Part shown: in pieces, positions 18,316-29,000 of the stretch
How positions within the stretch are numbered: the first letter of the stretch is position 1
Layout: each line of letters begins with the position of its first letter
From: a virus
Length of the DNA stretch: 64,000 nucleotides
Direction: 5' to 3' (one strand)
Virus genome (UHGV): UHGV-0289908
Made by a program: the position numbers and the translations under genes
The notes under the pieces: model-generated
Told to the model about the DNA's origin: nothing
Seen by the model: only the letters and a program-made list of their open reading frames with translations
The model's database searches: none

Positions 18316-18708
18316 ATGGTTACAAATATGGCACTTACACAACATTACAAACACAAGCATAGGGAATGTTTATGTTTTCACTGCAATGAGCTTAAAGACG
18401 TTGGGGAGTTAATCAAGCGAACAATTAGTGGACGAGATTATCCGTCTGAATTCGATTCAATGACATTCGAGGTGCAATTATGCAAAGAATGTTACGAAGC
18501 ATTAGAGGTAGAAGACAAATGGTTTGACAATCAAATGTCACACGATAACACAACAGGGCAGTGGAAATATGAATCATATTTACACAACTTATTCGAGCTG
18601 TTCCCAATATGCAATCAAGAATATGTTTATAATTGTAAGAATAGCCTTTGCCCCCCAGACCAAGAGATGTCTAGGGAGGCGTGGATACGCTTGCAAGAAG
18701 AAGCGTAA
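18316..18708 (+). CDS. Cysteine-rich hypothetical protein (several C-x2-C pairs, probably zinc-binding)
   Basis: CLCFHCNE, LCKECYE and CKNSLCPP. RBS AAAGGAAGGGA upstream. Confidence 0.4.
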   Translation: MVTNMALTQHYKHKHRECLCFHCNELKDVGELIKRTISGRDYPSEFDSMTFEVQLCKECYEALEVEDKWFDNQMSHDNTTGQWKYESYLHNLFELFPICNQEYVYNCKNSLCPPDQEMSREAWIRLQEEA

Positions 18709-18751
18709 AAAAAAGAGTAGACGAGGGTTTTATCCCTTATCTACTCTTTTT
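18707..18751. terminator. Bidirectional rho-independent terminator between the convergent + and - strand blocks
   Basis: A8 run, then stem AGAGTAGACGAGGG pairing with CCCTTATCTACTCT (12 of 14 bp), then T5. Sits between the stop at 18708 (+) and the stop at 18752 (-). Confidence 0.8.
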
Positions 18752-19063
18752 CTATTGCTTTAAATCACGAATGTCATTGCGAATTTCTTTGACATCATGT
18801 TCTAGGTTCGTCATCTTATGAGACAGTGAACTAAATTCTCTAACAGAATTTTCAAATGAAGCTACCGCAGAAGCAAACATAGCCTTGTCCTGTTTGTTTT
18901 CTTCTCGCAGTTCTTTAATTTCATCCTTCATCTCTTGATGTCTCTCGTTTTGATATGCGTCCCTTTTGTCAAGTTCTATATTGAGCTTCCATATTGCCCC
19001 AATTAAAATTGCCCCTAATAAACCAACTTGACCTACTACCTCTAACATTGCTGTTACGTCCAA
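18752..19063 (-). CDS. BhlA/UviB-like holin-type membrane protein (one N-terminal TM helix plus coiled coil)
   Basis: N-terminal TM segment LEVVGQVGLLGAILIGAIW, then a charged coiled-coil region. Lies directly downstream of the amidase gene. Confidence 0.5.
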   Translation of the reverse strand: MDVTAMLEVVGQVGLLGAILIGAIWKLNIELDKRDAYQNERHQEMKDEIKELREENKQDKAMFASAVASFENSVREFSSLSHKMTNLEHDVKEIRNDIRDLKQ

Positions 19064-19105
19064 CCCCGTTCACCTCCAACCATTACAAATTACTTACGTT
19101 GAAGG

Positions 19106-20107
19106 CTAAACTTTTTGAACGTATTTACTGTTCATTGAAATCCACCCTGCACCAGACTTTAATTGTCCCAGTCCATTAGATTCCTTAACGATTGTATATA
19201 CATCGTTTTTATAAACAGTTCCCACAGCTTTAGAATCGAAGCTGTCTGATTGACGAATTGTTAAAGCGTCTGTTGTGATTTTGACCTTAAATGAGGTTGG
19301 TGTTGCTTCCACTTTTTCAAGGTCAAAATCCCATAACCATGAAACAATATCAGACACTAAAATCTTGTTTCCATTGATTTTAGCTACTTCATAAGTTGAC
19401 CCATTCACCCAAGATGGGATAGCCTTACCTTGTGTACTTCCGTCTGTTGGAGCGTAGTGAGTTGCTTGAGCCTTAACTTTCACCTTATCTCCCACCTTGA
19501 AGCTAGATGTGTTCGGTTGGCTTGGGGCAGGTTGTGATACCACAACTTTTGTTAACCCTAAGTATTCGATGATTGACTCTGCAACAGCTTCTGCATATTG
19601 TTGTTGCCCTTTGTCAGAAGTGATGATTTCATAGTCCGATACAGTATCCATGAATCCACCCTCTACTAAGATTGCAGTTGCGTTACATCCTAATACTGCG
19701 AACTGTGCTTGCTTAACCCCACGATTTCGCAGACCTGTTTTTGATGCTAATTTTGGTGCTACAATGCTTGCTATCTTTTTATCTTCAGCAGTGCCATATG
19801 TATGCCAGTAAACCTCTGTACCTGTACCGCCACCCGCATTTTCATGGATGCTGACAAATAAATCTGGTTTATAGCTATTGCAACGTCGTACTCGTTCTGC
19901 TAATGAAATGTCTGTTTTCCCACTTGGGTCATCAGTACGATGGATAGTTACATTGTATGCAGAAAGAATTGAAGTAATTTTGCGTACAACAGAGTCATTC
20001 ATAGTCCACTCTTTCACAATCCCTCTTGAACCGTTCATTGTTTGTTTCCCCGCAGTATTGAATCCATGCCCTGCATCTAACACTAAAATTTTGTTTGCCA
20101 TGAACAT
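19106..20107 (-). CDS. N-acetylmuramoyl-L-alanine amidase endolysin (Amidase_3 catalytic domain plus C-terminal SH3-like cell-wall-binding repeats)
   Basis: ILVLDAGHGFNTAGKQ ... DLFVSIHENAGGG ... AILVEGGFMD are Amidase_3 hallmarks. C-terminal repeats GSTYEVAKINGNKILV and GTVYKNDVYTIVKESNGLGQLKSGAGWISMN are SH3b-like. Confidence 0.85.
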   Translation of the reverse strand: MFMANKILVLDAGHGFNTAGKQTMNGSRGIVKEWTMNDSVVRKITSILSAYNVTIHRTDDPSGKTDISLAERVRRCNSYKPDLFVSIHENAGGGTGTEVYWHTYGTAEDKKIASIVAPKLASKTGLRNRGVKQAQFAVLGCNATAILVEGGFMDTVSDYEIITSDKGQQQYAEAVAESIIEYLGLTKVVVSQPAPSQPNTSSFKVGDKVKVKAQATHYAPTDGSTQGKAIPSWVNGSTYEVAKINGNKILVSDIVSWLWDFDLEKVEATPTSFKVKITTDALTIRQSDSFDSKAVGTVYKNDVYTIVKESNGLGQLKSGAGWISMNSKYVQKV

Positions 20108-20166
20108 TTCCCCTTTGTGATATTATTTTTATTTATGTCATGGTGCTAGTTCTTGATGTCGTTATT

Positions 20167-21207
20167 TTACAGGTCTTTTAGACCTTTTTGTTCTACCTGT
20201 TTTATTCCCTCGTCAGAGAAGAATTGTCCTAATACTTCGTCTTTAGGACGGTCGTCATAGGTGCTGACTAAATCTATTGAAGCCCAACCGACAATCTCTT
20301 TAACCACTTCCGCAGGAATCCCCGCTCGCAATAGTTCGGTAGTAAAGTTATGTCTCAGACAGTGGAAATAAAAATCAACGTTAAGCATTTTCCCAAATGT
20401 CTTTGCGTATGAATCTAATGTTGTTTCTTGCATAGGAACGAACTCTCCGTTTCTACGAACCACAAACATCTCATCCACGTCTTCTGGAATACCTAACGCT
20501 TTACGCTCTTCTGCCCATAAGTCAAAATACTTTTTAAACTTATTTGCTAAGACATAACGCTCCAATAACTTCCCTTGTTGTCCTCTTCCTTTAGTTTTCA
20601 TTTTCTCGGGAGTCATATATAAAGCCCCACCAAAGCGTAAGTTTTCATCTTTGATGTAAGACATTTTAAATCTTAACAACTCCGCCTTGCGTGCCCCACT
20701 AGCCCAAGCAAGAGCCAATACACAGGCTTTCTGATACTGCTGTTTAGACACTAAAAAGTCTAGTAGTTTTTCAACCTGCTCGTCCTCTAGCACTGTCTTC
20801 TCTCGCACTGGTGCTAAAACAGGATTCGGAACTTTATTCACAATATTCTTGAAGTTCTCCCACTTCTCTTCTTCATCCAACATATCCTCGATATATTTAG
20901 ACAGACTACTTAACGAAGATTTTAATGCTCGAATGCGAGCAGGAGATAAACCTTCCTTCATTAAGTGTCCTTGAAATCCCAAAATGTCTTTTTTCTTAAT
21001 GTCACAAAAGTCTTTATTCTTACGATGGTTCATTAACCATACAAAAAAGATGTTAAGGTTTGAGCGAGTAACCTTTGCAGATTTCTCACTATGGTCTACT
21101 GTTAGGTAGTAATCCATAAACTCATCAATTAACTCTAGGTTGTCTGGATTGATTTTCGCAATATCCTCTGCTGTGGTAGAAAATGTTTTCTTTGTCTTTC
21201 GTGCCAC
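20167..21207 (-). CDS. Tyrosine recombinase or integrase (phage integrase family)
   Basis: C-terminal catalytic signature HCLRHNFTTELLRAGIPAEVVKEIVGWASIDLVSTYDD (the R, H-x2-R, H and Y residues). Probable GTG start at 21207, preceded by AAAGGGGAAAC. The track extends to 21246 in the same frame. Confidence 0.8.
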   Translation of the reverse strand: MARKTKKTFSTTAEDIAKINPDNLELIDEFMDYYLTVDHSEKSAKVTRSNLNIFFVWLMNHRKNKDFCDIKKKDILGFQGHLMKEGLSPARIRALKSSLSSLSKYIEDMLDEEEKWENFKNIVNKVPNPVLAPVREKTVLEDEQVEKLLDFLVSKQQYQKACVLALAWASGARKAELLRFKMSYIKDENLRFGGALYMTPEKMKTKGRGQQGKLLERYVLANKFKKYFDLWAEERKALGIPEDVDEMFVVRRNGEFVPMQETTLDSYAKTFGKMLNVDFYFHCLRHNFTTELLRAGIPAEVVKEIVGWASIDLVSTYDDRPKDEVLGQFFSDEGIKQVEQKGLKDL

Positions 21208-21248
21208 TTTGTTTCCCCTTTCAAATTGGCAAGAGGTGTATAACACCT

Positions 21249-21566
21249 CTATGCTTCAATAAATTTAACTGTTGTTGTATCATACTCGGTTAGACGGTTA
21301 TCAAATTCTTGAACTAGAACACTGTTTTGTTCTGTTTGCTGTTTTAATTTTTCAACATTTGTTAACATAGTTTCAGTCCTTTGAATAACAGCATTTACTT
21401 GGTCTACTATCTCATCTATACCTTCAGTATTTTCAACTACCGTAGTTTTCAAGTCTGTTATACGCTCTTCTAAACCTGTAATGGATTGTTTTAAGGCATT
21501 TAAGTCTCCCTTAGAAACACCTCCACCTTTTCTACAAAGTGCATATGTTACTACATCAAAACCCAT
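21249..21566 (-). CDS. Hypothetical coiled-coil protein
   Basis: ORF with heptad-like E/Q/L-rich sequence. No motif recognised. Confidence 0.35.
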   Translation of the reverse strand: MGFDVVTYALCRKGGGVSKGDLNALKQSITGLEERITDLKTTVVENTEGIDEIVDQVNAVIQRTETMLTNVEKLKQQTEQNSVLVQEFDNRLTEYDTTTVKFIEA

Positions 21567-21593
21567 AAGACACCTCCTGTTTTATTGTTTATA

Positions 21594-23105
21594 TTAATCC
21601 CAATCTGCACAATCAAATGTAATAGTATTTTCACCTTGTTCCAAATCAACCACATAGTAAACTGCTCCCCATTCCCCTGTATATTTAGTAGCAATTTTTA
21701 GCACACCATCTAAATAACTGTGCGATTCAATTTTGTCACTGTCTACACTAGGAATAACGTTGGTTAAATCTAAAGGTTGACCATTTAACTGAATATTACT
21801 ATATTGCTTTTTATAAAATCCTTCTGTAGAAGAGTTCCCAAAAAATGCCATACTCACCTTACTAGCCGTTTCTAGGTTGAAGGTACAATCTCCACTTCCT
21901 TCTGCATAAGTAGTTACCCAATCTTCGCTTGCTATCGTCAAGTAACCATCAAAAGCAACAGTTTCTTCAACTGTGATTGTGGTAGTTAATGTTGTAGTAG
22001 TTGTAACCAAATCGCTTTCTTCAACCTTTTTGGCTTTCACTGTTGAAACTCCACTTCCACTAAAGATAATTTCATTGGTTTGAAGGACTCTACTACCAAC
22101 GCCATTCACTGATACAAAGTTATATCCCACTGGAATAGTGTACTTTTGGTTGGCTTTAACTGTTGCAGTTTGGTTTTCTTCTTTGGTGATTTGTTGTTTA
22201 TCAACCGTGATAGTTACAGTTTTTGTGATGATACCTTTTTGGTTTTCTTCTTCGTAAGGTTTAGTAACTTTTACAACACATTGCCCAACTGCATTGAACA
22301 CTACTTGCCCATTTTGGTGCGTACCCACACCACTAACACTAGAGAATGTCCATCCTTGCGGAATAGTGTAGGTTTGATTTGCAGTTTTGGTTAATGATTC
22401 ACTCTCTTCTTTATTGACTGTTTTTTTACCAACCGTAAATGTTAAAGTGGCAGCTTCTGACCATAGGTTGCGATTATCCTTAACTTTTAATTGTATAGAT
22501 TGTTCCCCTGCTAAATCATATTGAGTTTTCTTATTGCTTGAAAACCATTCATCACGTTTTGTAATACGTTCATTTTCAAACTCAACGTCATATAGATATG
22601 AGATAGTTTGGTCTACCACTGGTTCAGCAGGTTCAATACGGAAATTGGAAATTACAGGTTTCTTAGGTTCGGCAATCTTAAACTCAATATATTTAATATC
22701 CGACCATTTACCTCTTTGGTCTTTAACTTGGACACCCACTTTGTTTTTACCAACAGGATAGCTATTACGCTTGTTGTACCATTTTTCCTCTGCCTTGCTT
22801 GAGCTATCATAGGTAGCTTCATAATTGAATGTCACTGCCTCCCCCCAAGCTAGGTCAATAGGGGTCATGGTTAAACTTGTGATTTCTGGCTTATTGTATG
22901 CACCATCTGGTTTAACCACTATGCTGTTATCTACTAACGAGTGCCAACTTGAATTTTCTTCATTGAACATATAGACATTTCCCGTAGCAACTACAATACA
23001 GGTACTTCCTTGTCCAACTAAATGGGGTAATTGAGTGACTTCTTCCTCAGTTGAAATGGCATATTCAACTACCCCATATGAATTTGCACCAATTTTCTTA
23101 ATCAT
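21594..23105 (-). CDS. Large Ig-like and PKD-like repeat protein, a putative virion decoration or adhesin protein
   Basis: Internal repeats KTANQTYTIPQGWTFSSVSGVG...VVKVTK and KANQKYTIPVGYNFVSVNGVG...STVKAK look like Big_2 domains. PKD-like strands GVQVKDQRGKWSD and IQLKVKDNRNLWSEAATLTFTV. Confidence 0.4.
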   Translation of the reverse strand: MIKKIGANSYGVVEYAISTEEEVTQLPHLVGQGSTCIVVATGNVYMFNEENSSWHSLVDNSIVVKPDGAYNKPEITSLTMTPIDLAWGEAVTFNYEATYDSSSKAEEKWYNKRNSYPVGKNKVGVQVKDQRGKWSDIKYIEFKIAEPKKPVISNFRIEPAEPVVDQTISYLYDVEFENERITKRDEWFSSNKKTQYDLAGEQSIQLKVKDNRNLWSEAATLTFTVGKKTVNKEESESLTKTANQTYTIPQGWTFSSVSGVGTHQNGQVVFNAVGQCVVKVTKPYEEENQKGIITKTVTITVDKQQITKEENQTATVKANQKYTIPVGYNFVSVNGVGSRVLQTNEIIFSGSGVSTVKAKKVEESDLVTTTTTLTTTITVEETVAFDGYLTIASEDWVTTYAEGSGDCTFNLETASKVSMAFFGNSSTEGFYKKQYSNIQLNGQPLDLTNVIPSVDSDKIESHSYLDGVLKIATKYTGEWGAVYYVVDLEQGENTITFDCADWD

Positions 23106-23710
23106 AACTTCACCTCGTCTTGTTTATAATTCATGAATGCATGAAAGTTTGAATGTGATTTTATCCCATTCCATTTATCATCTTCTACTGTGATAACTTC
23201 CCCCACATGCTTAAAATAGCTTAATGGCATTCTCACCATAATTCTATTTAAAATGTCTCTTTTAGTAATGTAGTGGTATACATTCTCTGGATATTTAGGA
23301 GTGCAAATGTGTTTAATTCCTGCCCCATTGAATGTTATGGCAATAAAATTTACATTACTAATACTAGATACACAATACTCTGTTATTGCCCCACCCAACG
23401 AATGTCCACACACTATTGTTTTCTTTTGAGGGTTGTATACTTCTAAGCAAAATTCTAAAGCGTCTGTAAATTGACGTGGTTTTATACCAAACGCCATTTG
23501 AATATTTGTAAACCAATCACGTAAAGAGGTAAAATCTGTTCCACTAAATACAATGTAATCTACATTGTCGTAGCTAAAGACCTCTGCCTTCATACCACTT
23601 AACTTTCTAACAGATTTCTTAATCTTCATGTTGTCTGGATAGGCTAGTCCTTTGTAAACACAATTACAAAGAAATACTGCCATTTGATACTCTTCTTTAG
23701 TTAGATTCAT
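23102..23710 (-). CDS. Alpha/beta hydrolase, lipase class 3-like (GHSLGG nucleophile elbow)
   Basis: TIVCGHSLGGAITEY, the G-x-S-x-G motif of the Lipase_3 family. Confidence 0.6.
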   Translation of the reverse strand: MNLTKEEYQMAVFLCNCVYKGLAYPDNMKIKKSVRKLSGMKAEVFSYDNVDYIVFSGTDFTSLRDWFTNIQMAFGIKPRQFTDALEFCLEVYNPQKKTIVCGHSLGGAITEYCVSSISNVNFIAITFNGAGIKHICTPKYPENVYHYITKRDILNRIMVRMPLSYFKHVGEVITVEDDKWNGIKSHSNFHAFMNYKQDEVKL

Positions 23711-23731
23711 ATAACCCCTCCTAATTGAGAA

Positions 23732-23881
23732 TTATTCTGCTCCTAATACCATTTCTAATAGTTCCATATATTGAGCTTGTGTAATACGACCATTTGCGAA
23801 GAATGTGTCCAACTTGGTTAACATATCATCTTTGTCATATCCACCTTTATTGATTAACTTGTATAACATTGTAAATGTCAT
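23732..23881 (-). CDS. XkdX-like small phage protein (49 aa). It is absent from the ORF track because it is shorter than 60 aa.
   Basis: My own translation: MTFTMLYKLINKGGYDKDDMLTKLDTFFANGRITQAQYMELLEMVLGAE. It is paralogous to the N-terminus of the adjacent 110-aa gene. Confidence 0.5.
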   Translation of the reverse strand: MTFTMLYKLINKGGYDKDDMLTKLDTFFANGRITQAQYMELLEMVLGAE

Positions 23882-23884
23882 TGA

Positions 23885-24217
23885 CTATTCCCCCTTAATA
23901 ATTGGTTCTTGCCCCACTTCTGGAGCTACTGGAGTTTCCTCTGGTAGAACATCTTCAACCACTTCGTCTTCCACTGGTGTGTCCACTTCTGGAATTTCCA
24001 CCTCTGGATGTTCTACTCCCATGTCTGGGTCAATCTCTTCGATTTCTTCCTCCACTACTTCATCTTGTACTGGTGGACAAATCATGTCATAAAGAGTGTT
24101 ATACTCTTGGTCTGTTAATGTTCCCACCAGATAAAAGACATCCAGTTTTTGTAACATATCATCTTGTGTGTATAATCCACGCTCAATGATTTTGTGTAGC
24201 ATGTAATATAATTGCAT
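23885..24217 (-). CDS. XkdX-like small protein with an acidic, Pro/Glu-rich C-terminal extension
   Basis: N-terminal MLHKIIERGLYTQDDMLQKLDVFYLVGTLTDQEYNTLYDMI, the XkdX-family pattern. RBS AAGGAGG before ATG 24217. Confidence 0.5.
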   Translation of the reverse strand: MQLYYMLHKIIERGLYTQDDMLQKLDVFYLVGTLTDQEYNTLYDMICPPVQDEVVEEEIEEIDPDMGVEHPEVEIPEVDTPVEDEVVEDVLPEETPVAPEVGQEPIIKGE

Positions 24218-24231
24218 AGAATACCTCCTTG

Positions 24232-24261
24232 CATAATAAAAAGGCTAGAAGATTTCTAGCC
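24232..24261 (-). terminator. Rho-independent terminator overlapping the stop codon of the 587-aa receptor-binding protein gene
   Basis: On the - strand: GGCTAGAA atc TTCTAGCC followed by TTTTTATT. Confidence 0.7.
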
Positions 24262-26019
24262 TAACATCATCATTTGTAATTCATAATCAAATTGTAATAA
24301 AGTACGTTCATACTCCATTTGTACAACTTGTGTTAATAATAGTTCTTCAAGACCAATGATTTGTTGCTCTTGTTTGCGAAGAACTTTAGTGTTTTGTGTT
24401 ACCTGTCCTGTACGACCTGTGACCACACTGTATTTTAAGTGTGGGGATAATGATTGTCCGCTTGACCCACTTTCTAAAACCATATGTCCATTAGCGTATG
24501 CAAACGGAATAGTTGATGGTTTAATAATGGCAGTGGTTGGCTCAGCAACTGCATATTGAATTGTGATTGGATTTGCTTGAAGATAACGTCTCAATTCACC
24601 CACATTGTTGGAAGCCAAGGTCGAAGGAGACAGTGCTATTCTCAACTCAAAATGTGAATCATGATTATATGTTGTAATTTGCTCCTGTTTTGGTTCTTGT
24701 GCTACATCTCCCACCTTCAATCTGTCGCAAATTAAAGCGGTTTTATCTGCACTTTTATTACCAAAAATTGGGAGGTTTATACCAAACCTGTAATTATCGC
24801 CCTTCATCTCTGCAAAATTCCACGCTTCGCTCTCACTACCATTGAACACATATTCCACAATACGTTGCACATATTCGCCAGTTAAGGCATTATAAGAATC
24901 CTTAGTATCTCCAACACTTCTTAAAATAACCTCTTCTGACGTGCGTAAAATATTTGTTTTATGGTCTTCGTAGGTTGTTGCAGTTGGGGATTCTTCAACT
25001 TGGATATTGGAGAACTCCGCTTCCCCTACTTCTCCTGCCCCAGAATAGAACAAAATAGAAATATCGTTGAAATCTTTAGGTGTCGTAAATGTGATTGCAT
25101 CACCGCCACCACCTGTTACCCATTGACTAGTTCTATTATAGTATATGTTCCACTTAACCGTTGTTCCCGATATTCCTTTGACATTCATCTTCACTGTATA
25201 TTCGGTATTGGGCTTTAAGGGTAGTATTTGCCTTACATACCATTCTCCTTTAACTCTTAAAGTGCCATTGCTTATATTATAAGTGTTGGTAGTATAAGGA
25301 ATTATCTCACCATTAATATCAAATAGGTTCTTCCCCACATTGCGTAAAATGGGCATTTTACAACTTCCCAGTCCTTCAAAGTAGGGAGGTAATTCTGCAT
25401 TAGTCCAATCTCCTTCTAAAACCATTAAGTTTGAAAGGGTGACTCTATCGCTATTGGACGTAACCGCCCTGTGAGCAGTTAAGGCATTAGACGTAGATTC
25501 AGCAGAGGTAGAGATTAATACTGCAAATCGACCTCTTGAACCAATGCTTCGATTGACCTCCCAAGACTTGTCGCCTTCTCGGAAACCAATTACAATCCCA
25601 TCTACATCAAAATCCAATTCTCCAACAACTGTATATGTTGTGTTTGGTTTGAGCAGTGCAGCGTAATTTAAAAAAAGTACTCCACTGGCATTAAGTGTAA
25701 ACGAACTTCCGTTTCTCACCCAAGCGGAATCTGTGTCGGGGCGAAGACTGGTAAGAAGATTAACCAAGCTCTTCCCCTTAAACACAAGACTCTCATATGC
25801 TCCATCTTTAACGTTAGCACTGTAATCTACATCAACTCCAGTACCAACTTTGAACATACTCTTATCCTGTGCAATAGTCGGAGTAAACATCTGACTCTTT
25901 GACATCAAAGTGTCAAGGTTCTCTCCATTGCTCATAGTAACACACTCACCTAAAGTTAATGGGTGAAGCACATTACCATTTGCATCTTGTAATTGAATCT
26001 TTTTAGCCATCTTACTCAC
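24256..26019 (-). CDS. Putative receptor-binding or tail fibre protein, paralog C (587 aa, one internal cassette)
   Basis: The N-terminal ~80 aa and C-terminal ~230 aa are shared with the two upstream paralogs (each ending ...LQFDYE(L/M)QMM). Cassette boundary motifs PYFEGLGSCKMPILRNVGKNLFD and TTYEDHKTNILRTSEEVILRSVGDTKDSYNALTGEYVQR. Confidence 0.6.
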   Translation of the reverse strand: MSKMAKKIQLQDANGNVLHPLTLGECVTMSNGENLDTLMSKSQMFTPTIAQDKSMFKVGTGVDVDYSANVKDGAYESLVFKGKSLVNLLTSLRPDTDSAWVRNGSSFTLNASGVLFLNYAALLKPNTTYTVVGELDFDVDGIVIGFREGDKSWEVNRSIGSRGRFAVLISTSAESTSNALTAHRAVTSNSDRVTLSNLMVLEGDWTNAELPPYFEGLGSCKMPILRNVGKNLFDINGEIIPYTTNTYNISNGTLRVKGEWYVRQILPLKPNTEYTVKMNVKGISGTTVKWNIYYNRTSQWVTGGGGDAITFTTPKDFNDISILFYSGAGEVGEAEFSNIQVEESPTATTYEDHKTNILRTSEEVILRSVGDTKDSYNALTGEYVQRIVEYVFNGSESEAWNFAEMKGDNYRFGINLPIFGNKSADKTALICDRLKVGDVAQEPKQEQITTYNHDSHFELRIALSPSTLASNNVGELRRYLQANPITIQYAVAEPTTAIIKPSTIPFAYANGHMVLESGSSGQSLSPHLKYSVVTGRTGQVTQNTKVLRKQEQQIIGLEELLLTQVVQMEYERTLLQFDYELQMMMLG

Positions 26020-29000
26020 CTCCTAATGACATCATTTGCATTTCATAATCGAATTGTAAAATAGCTTTATCATAAGCAGACTGAACCATGCTTGTTAACA
26101 TCATAGCTTCAAAATCATCTAACTGTTTTTGATGTGCAGACACACGTTTTGTGTTCGAGTTGATTTGACCCGATTTATTAGCAACCAATGAGTATTCAAC
26201 CTTAGGTGTTAATGATTGTTCAATAGAACCAGATGATAATTGCACATGACCGTCTTTATAGGCATATGGGAATCCTTGTACGTCAATAGTTGATACGATT
26301 GGTGTCTCTAGTTCGTATTGAACTGTAATTGGATTTTGTGAAACCCATTGTCTAAATCCAGTTACGTTCAATTCTGTTAGTTTTGTTTTCTTAATAGAAA
26401 TGTACATAACACTTGAACCTGCTTCTCCCCAAATTCCTTCTCTTGTTACGATTCCCCCAGTATTAACAATAGAAGACGTTACAGTAGGGAAGCTATCACA
26501 AACCATGTTTTGTGCTCCTGTCTTTTTGTTTGGTAGACCCATAGCATTTACATTCCAATAACAAGCTACATAATCACCATTTGCCCAATTACTGTTGTAC
26601 CACATTTCCTCATCACTTGAACCATCAAAAACAACCTCACCAATTCTCTGTACATACTCACCAGTCTCCACATTCAAAGTATCACATACTCCATTTTGCA
26701 ATGAACGTAAAACAATCGTTTTATCAACTTCTGAAAGTGTTATAATATTACTGTTTAACACACCTACTGAAATTGATGAGTTATTAGTGTAACGGATTGA
26801 AATAACTGCATATTGTTCACTACTTGTTGTAGTAAACATTATATCATTACTCCATACAAGTCTATTAGATGTGCTAAGTTTTTCTTTATTGTAAGTTTGC
26901 ACATATCCTTGATAGTTGTCTGATAATTTTAAACGGTATGTGGTATTAGGCTTCACTTTGACAATATCTTTTAATCGTAAACGAGCATTATTTGACTCTT
27001 TATTGTTTTGATATAAAACACCAACAGTTGTGATTGTTCCACCTTGTTCAAACATATCTTCCGTTAATTCAATCTTGTCACCATTTGCCGATAAAATGTT
27101 GGATTTATATGATTCATAGGGGGAAGGATACGAGCCTTGTTCAATTATGGCAAATCTCTCTTTGTCAACTTTACTATTAAACCACTTTACATAATGGCAA
27201 TTAGTCTTTGTTGTAAATGGTTTATTTCCAATCCAATTACGCTCGATTATGTTTTTATTGAAGTCATATTCTATTATGTTAAATCCATCAATAGCTGACG
27301 CATCACTAATTTTATATGTTGTATTCGGTGAGACACGAGTGAAGTTCATACTTCTTTGTAGTATGTCACTATCATAAGGTATCCCATTACTTCCAATTCC
27401 ACCCAATTCAATTTTTCCATCAAATAAATTCTTCCCACAATTCGATAAAATAGGAGATTTAACGTCACAGATACCCTCAAAGTAAGGTTCATCACCTGCC
27501 ACATCTCCCTCAATAACCATCACGTTGTTTAACTTATTACCTCGTCCACTCATAGTTAATAACTCATTGCTTAGTGTAGATGGAGTTGTAATGGTGGTTA
27601 CACGATTACCTACCGTTGTTGAAGCAGTAGCTCCACCTAAGTTAAAGTTGATAGCAGAGTTCGTATGGTCATTGCTATATGAGTTTGTAACAATCGAATA
27701 TTTAGTTGATGGTTTTAAGATGACTGGATAAGTTGGGTTTGAATGTGATAAGATTGGATATAATGAATTTTCTGGAATTTCAGAATAGATGTGAGTTGTT
27801 GTATTCCATGATTTAAGAGTTGGAATTACATTACCATTTTGGTCTACTACTTTTAAGTCAACTGTTTTATGGACTGGTTCGGCACATATTGTTTGGAATG
27901 TAATGGGATTGTCAGTGATGTATGTTTTGAATGAATTAGCAGTACCTTGAAGTTTGTTTTTTGAGATAAAGAAATAAAATTTTGCCCCCCAATAATAAGA
28001 ATGTTCATAATCACCAGTGTAATTTGTGTCTACACTGAATTTATCACACATAGATTTCATAACATAGTCATTACTTAAATTATTACTAATATGGTCTGCA
28101 TTAACACCAAAACGATATACGTTTTCAAATTCGTCTACTGTTACATTTCTGTCTTTAAAAGATTCATCGAATACAATCTTATAGACACGTTTAGTCAAGT
28201 CACCAGTTAGCAAATCAAACGTATCTTGTACATCACCAACGCTACCTAATTCAACAGGCTCTAAAGTAGATAAAATACTTGATTTATAGGGTTCGTAAGG
28301 TGTAGGTGCTGTGCCTTGTTCAAGTTGAATGTGAGATATATTATCAATATCCATTTGAAAGACGGTTCTCAAAAAAGTTGATTTTTCATTTGGTGAAGTT
28401 CCGATAAATTTTTTTTCACTATCATAGTATCTTATTAAGTCTGATGATGTAGTTCCATCAACTCCATATGAGGTGGCAATATACTTAGTATTTTGAACGA
28501 TAGGAATATAATCCTTACTTCTTGTTTGAGTTGTGTATTGATTTAAATTGTCCCCACTTAAATGATTAATACTTCCACGCTCTAGTGTATAATTATTCCA
28601 TAAGTTCTTACCAATAGTTCGTAAAATAGGCATTTTACATGAAGCCATACCTTCAAAGTAAGGAATGTCCCACTCTTCCATACCTTCTTGGTATTCAATA
28701 ATCATAATATCTCTGATTTTAATTGCTCCTCTTGCAAACGCATTTTGACAACGTAGAGCCATAAATATTTCATCAGTTAATTCACTTTTTGTTGTTGAAA
28801 GCCATTGATAACGTCCAACACCATTGACTATCATAGAATCTCCAAAAATAGATTCCACACTTGGGTTATTAAGACGATAACCTTCATTATTAACAACTTC
28901 AAAAGTTTCAACATAACAACTTATATAATATTTCGTGTTTGGTTTTAAATCTTGTAATGCTCTCCATTGGTCGAATGATTGTTTTGAATTTTGGACTAAT

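Noticed and set aside
23805-24189. The + strand ORFs 23805..24092 and 23902..24189 (Ser/Thr-rich and Leu/Pro-rich proteins)
   Set aside because: They are antisense shadows of the acidic Glu/Val/Pro-rich tail of the XkdX-like gene on the - strand. They have low-complexity mirror composition and no RBS.
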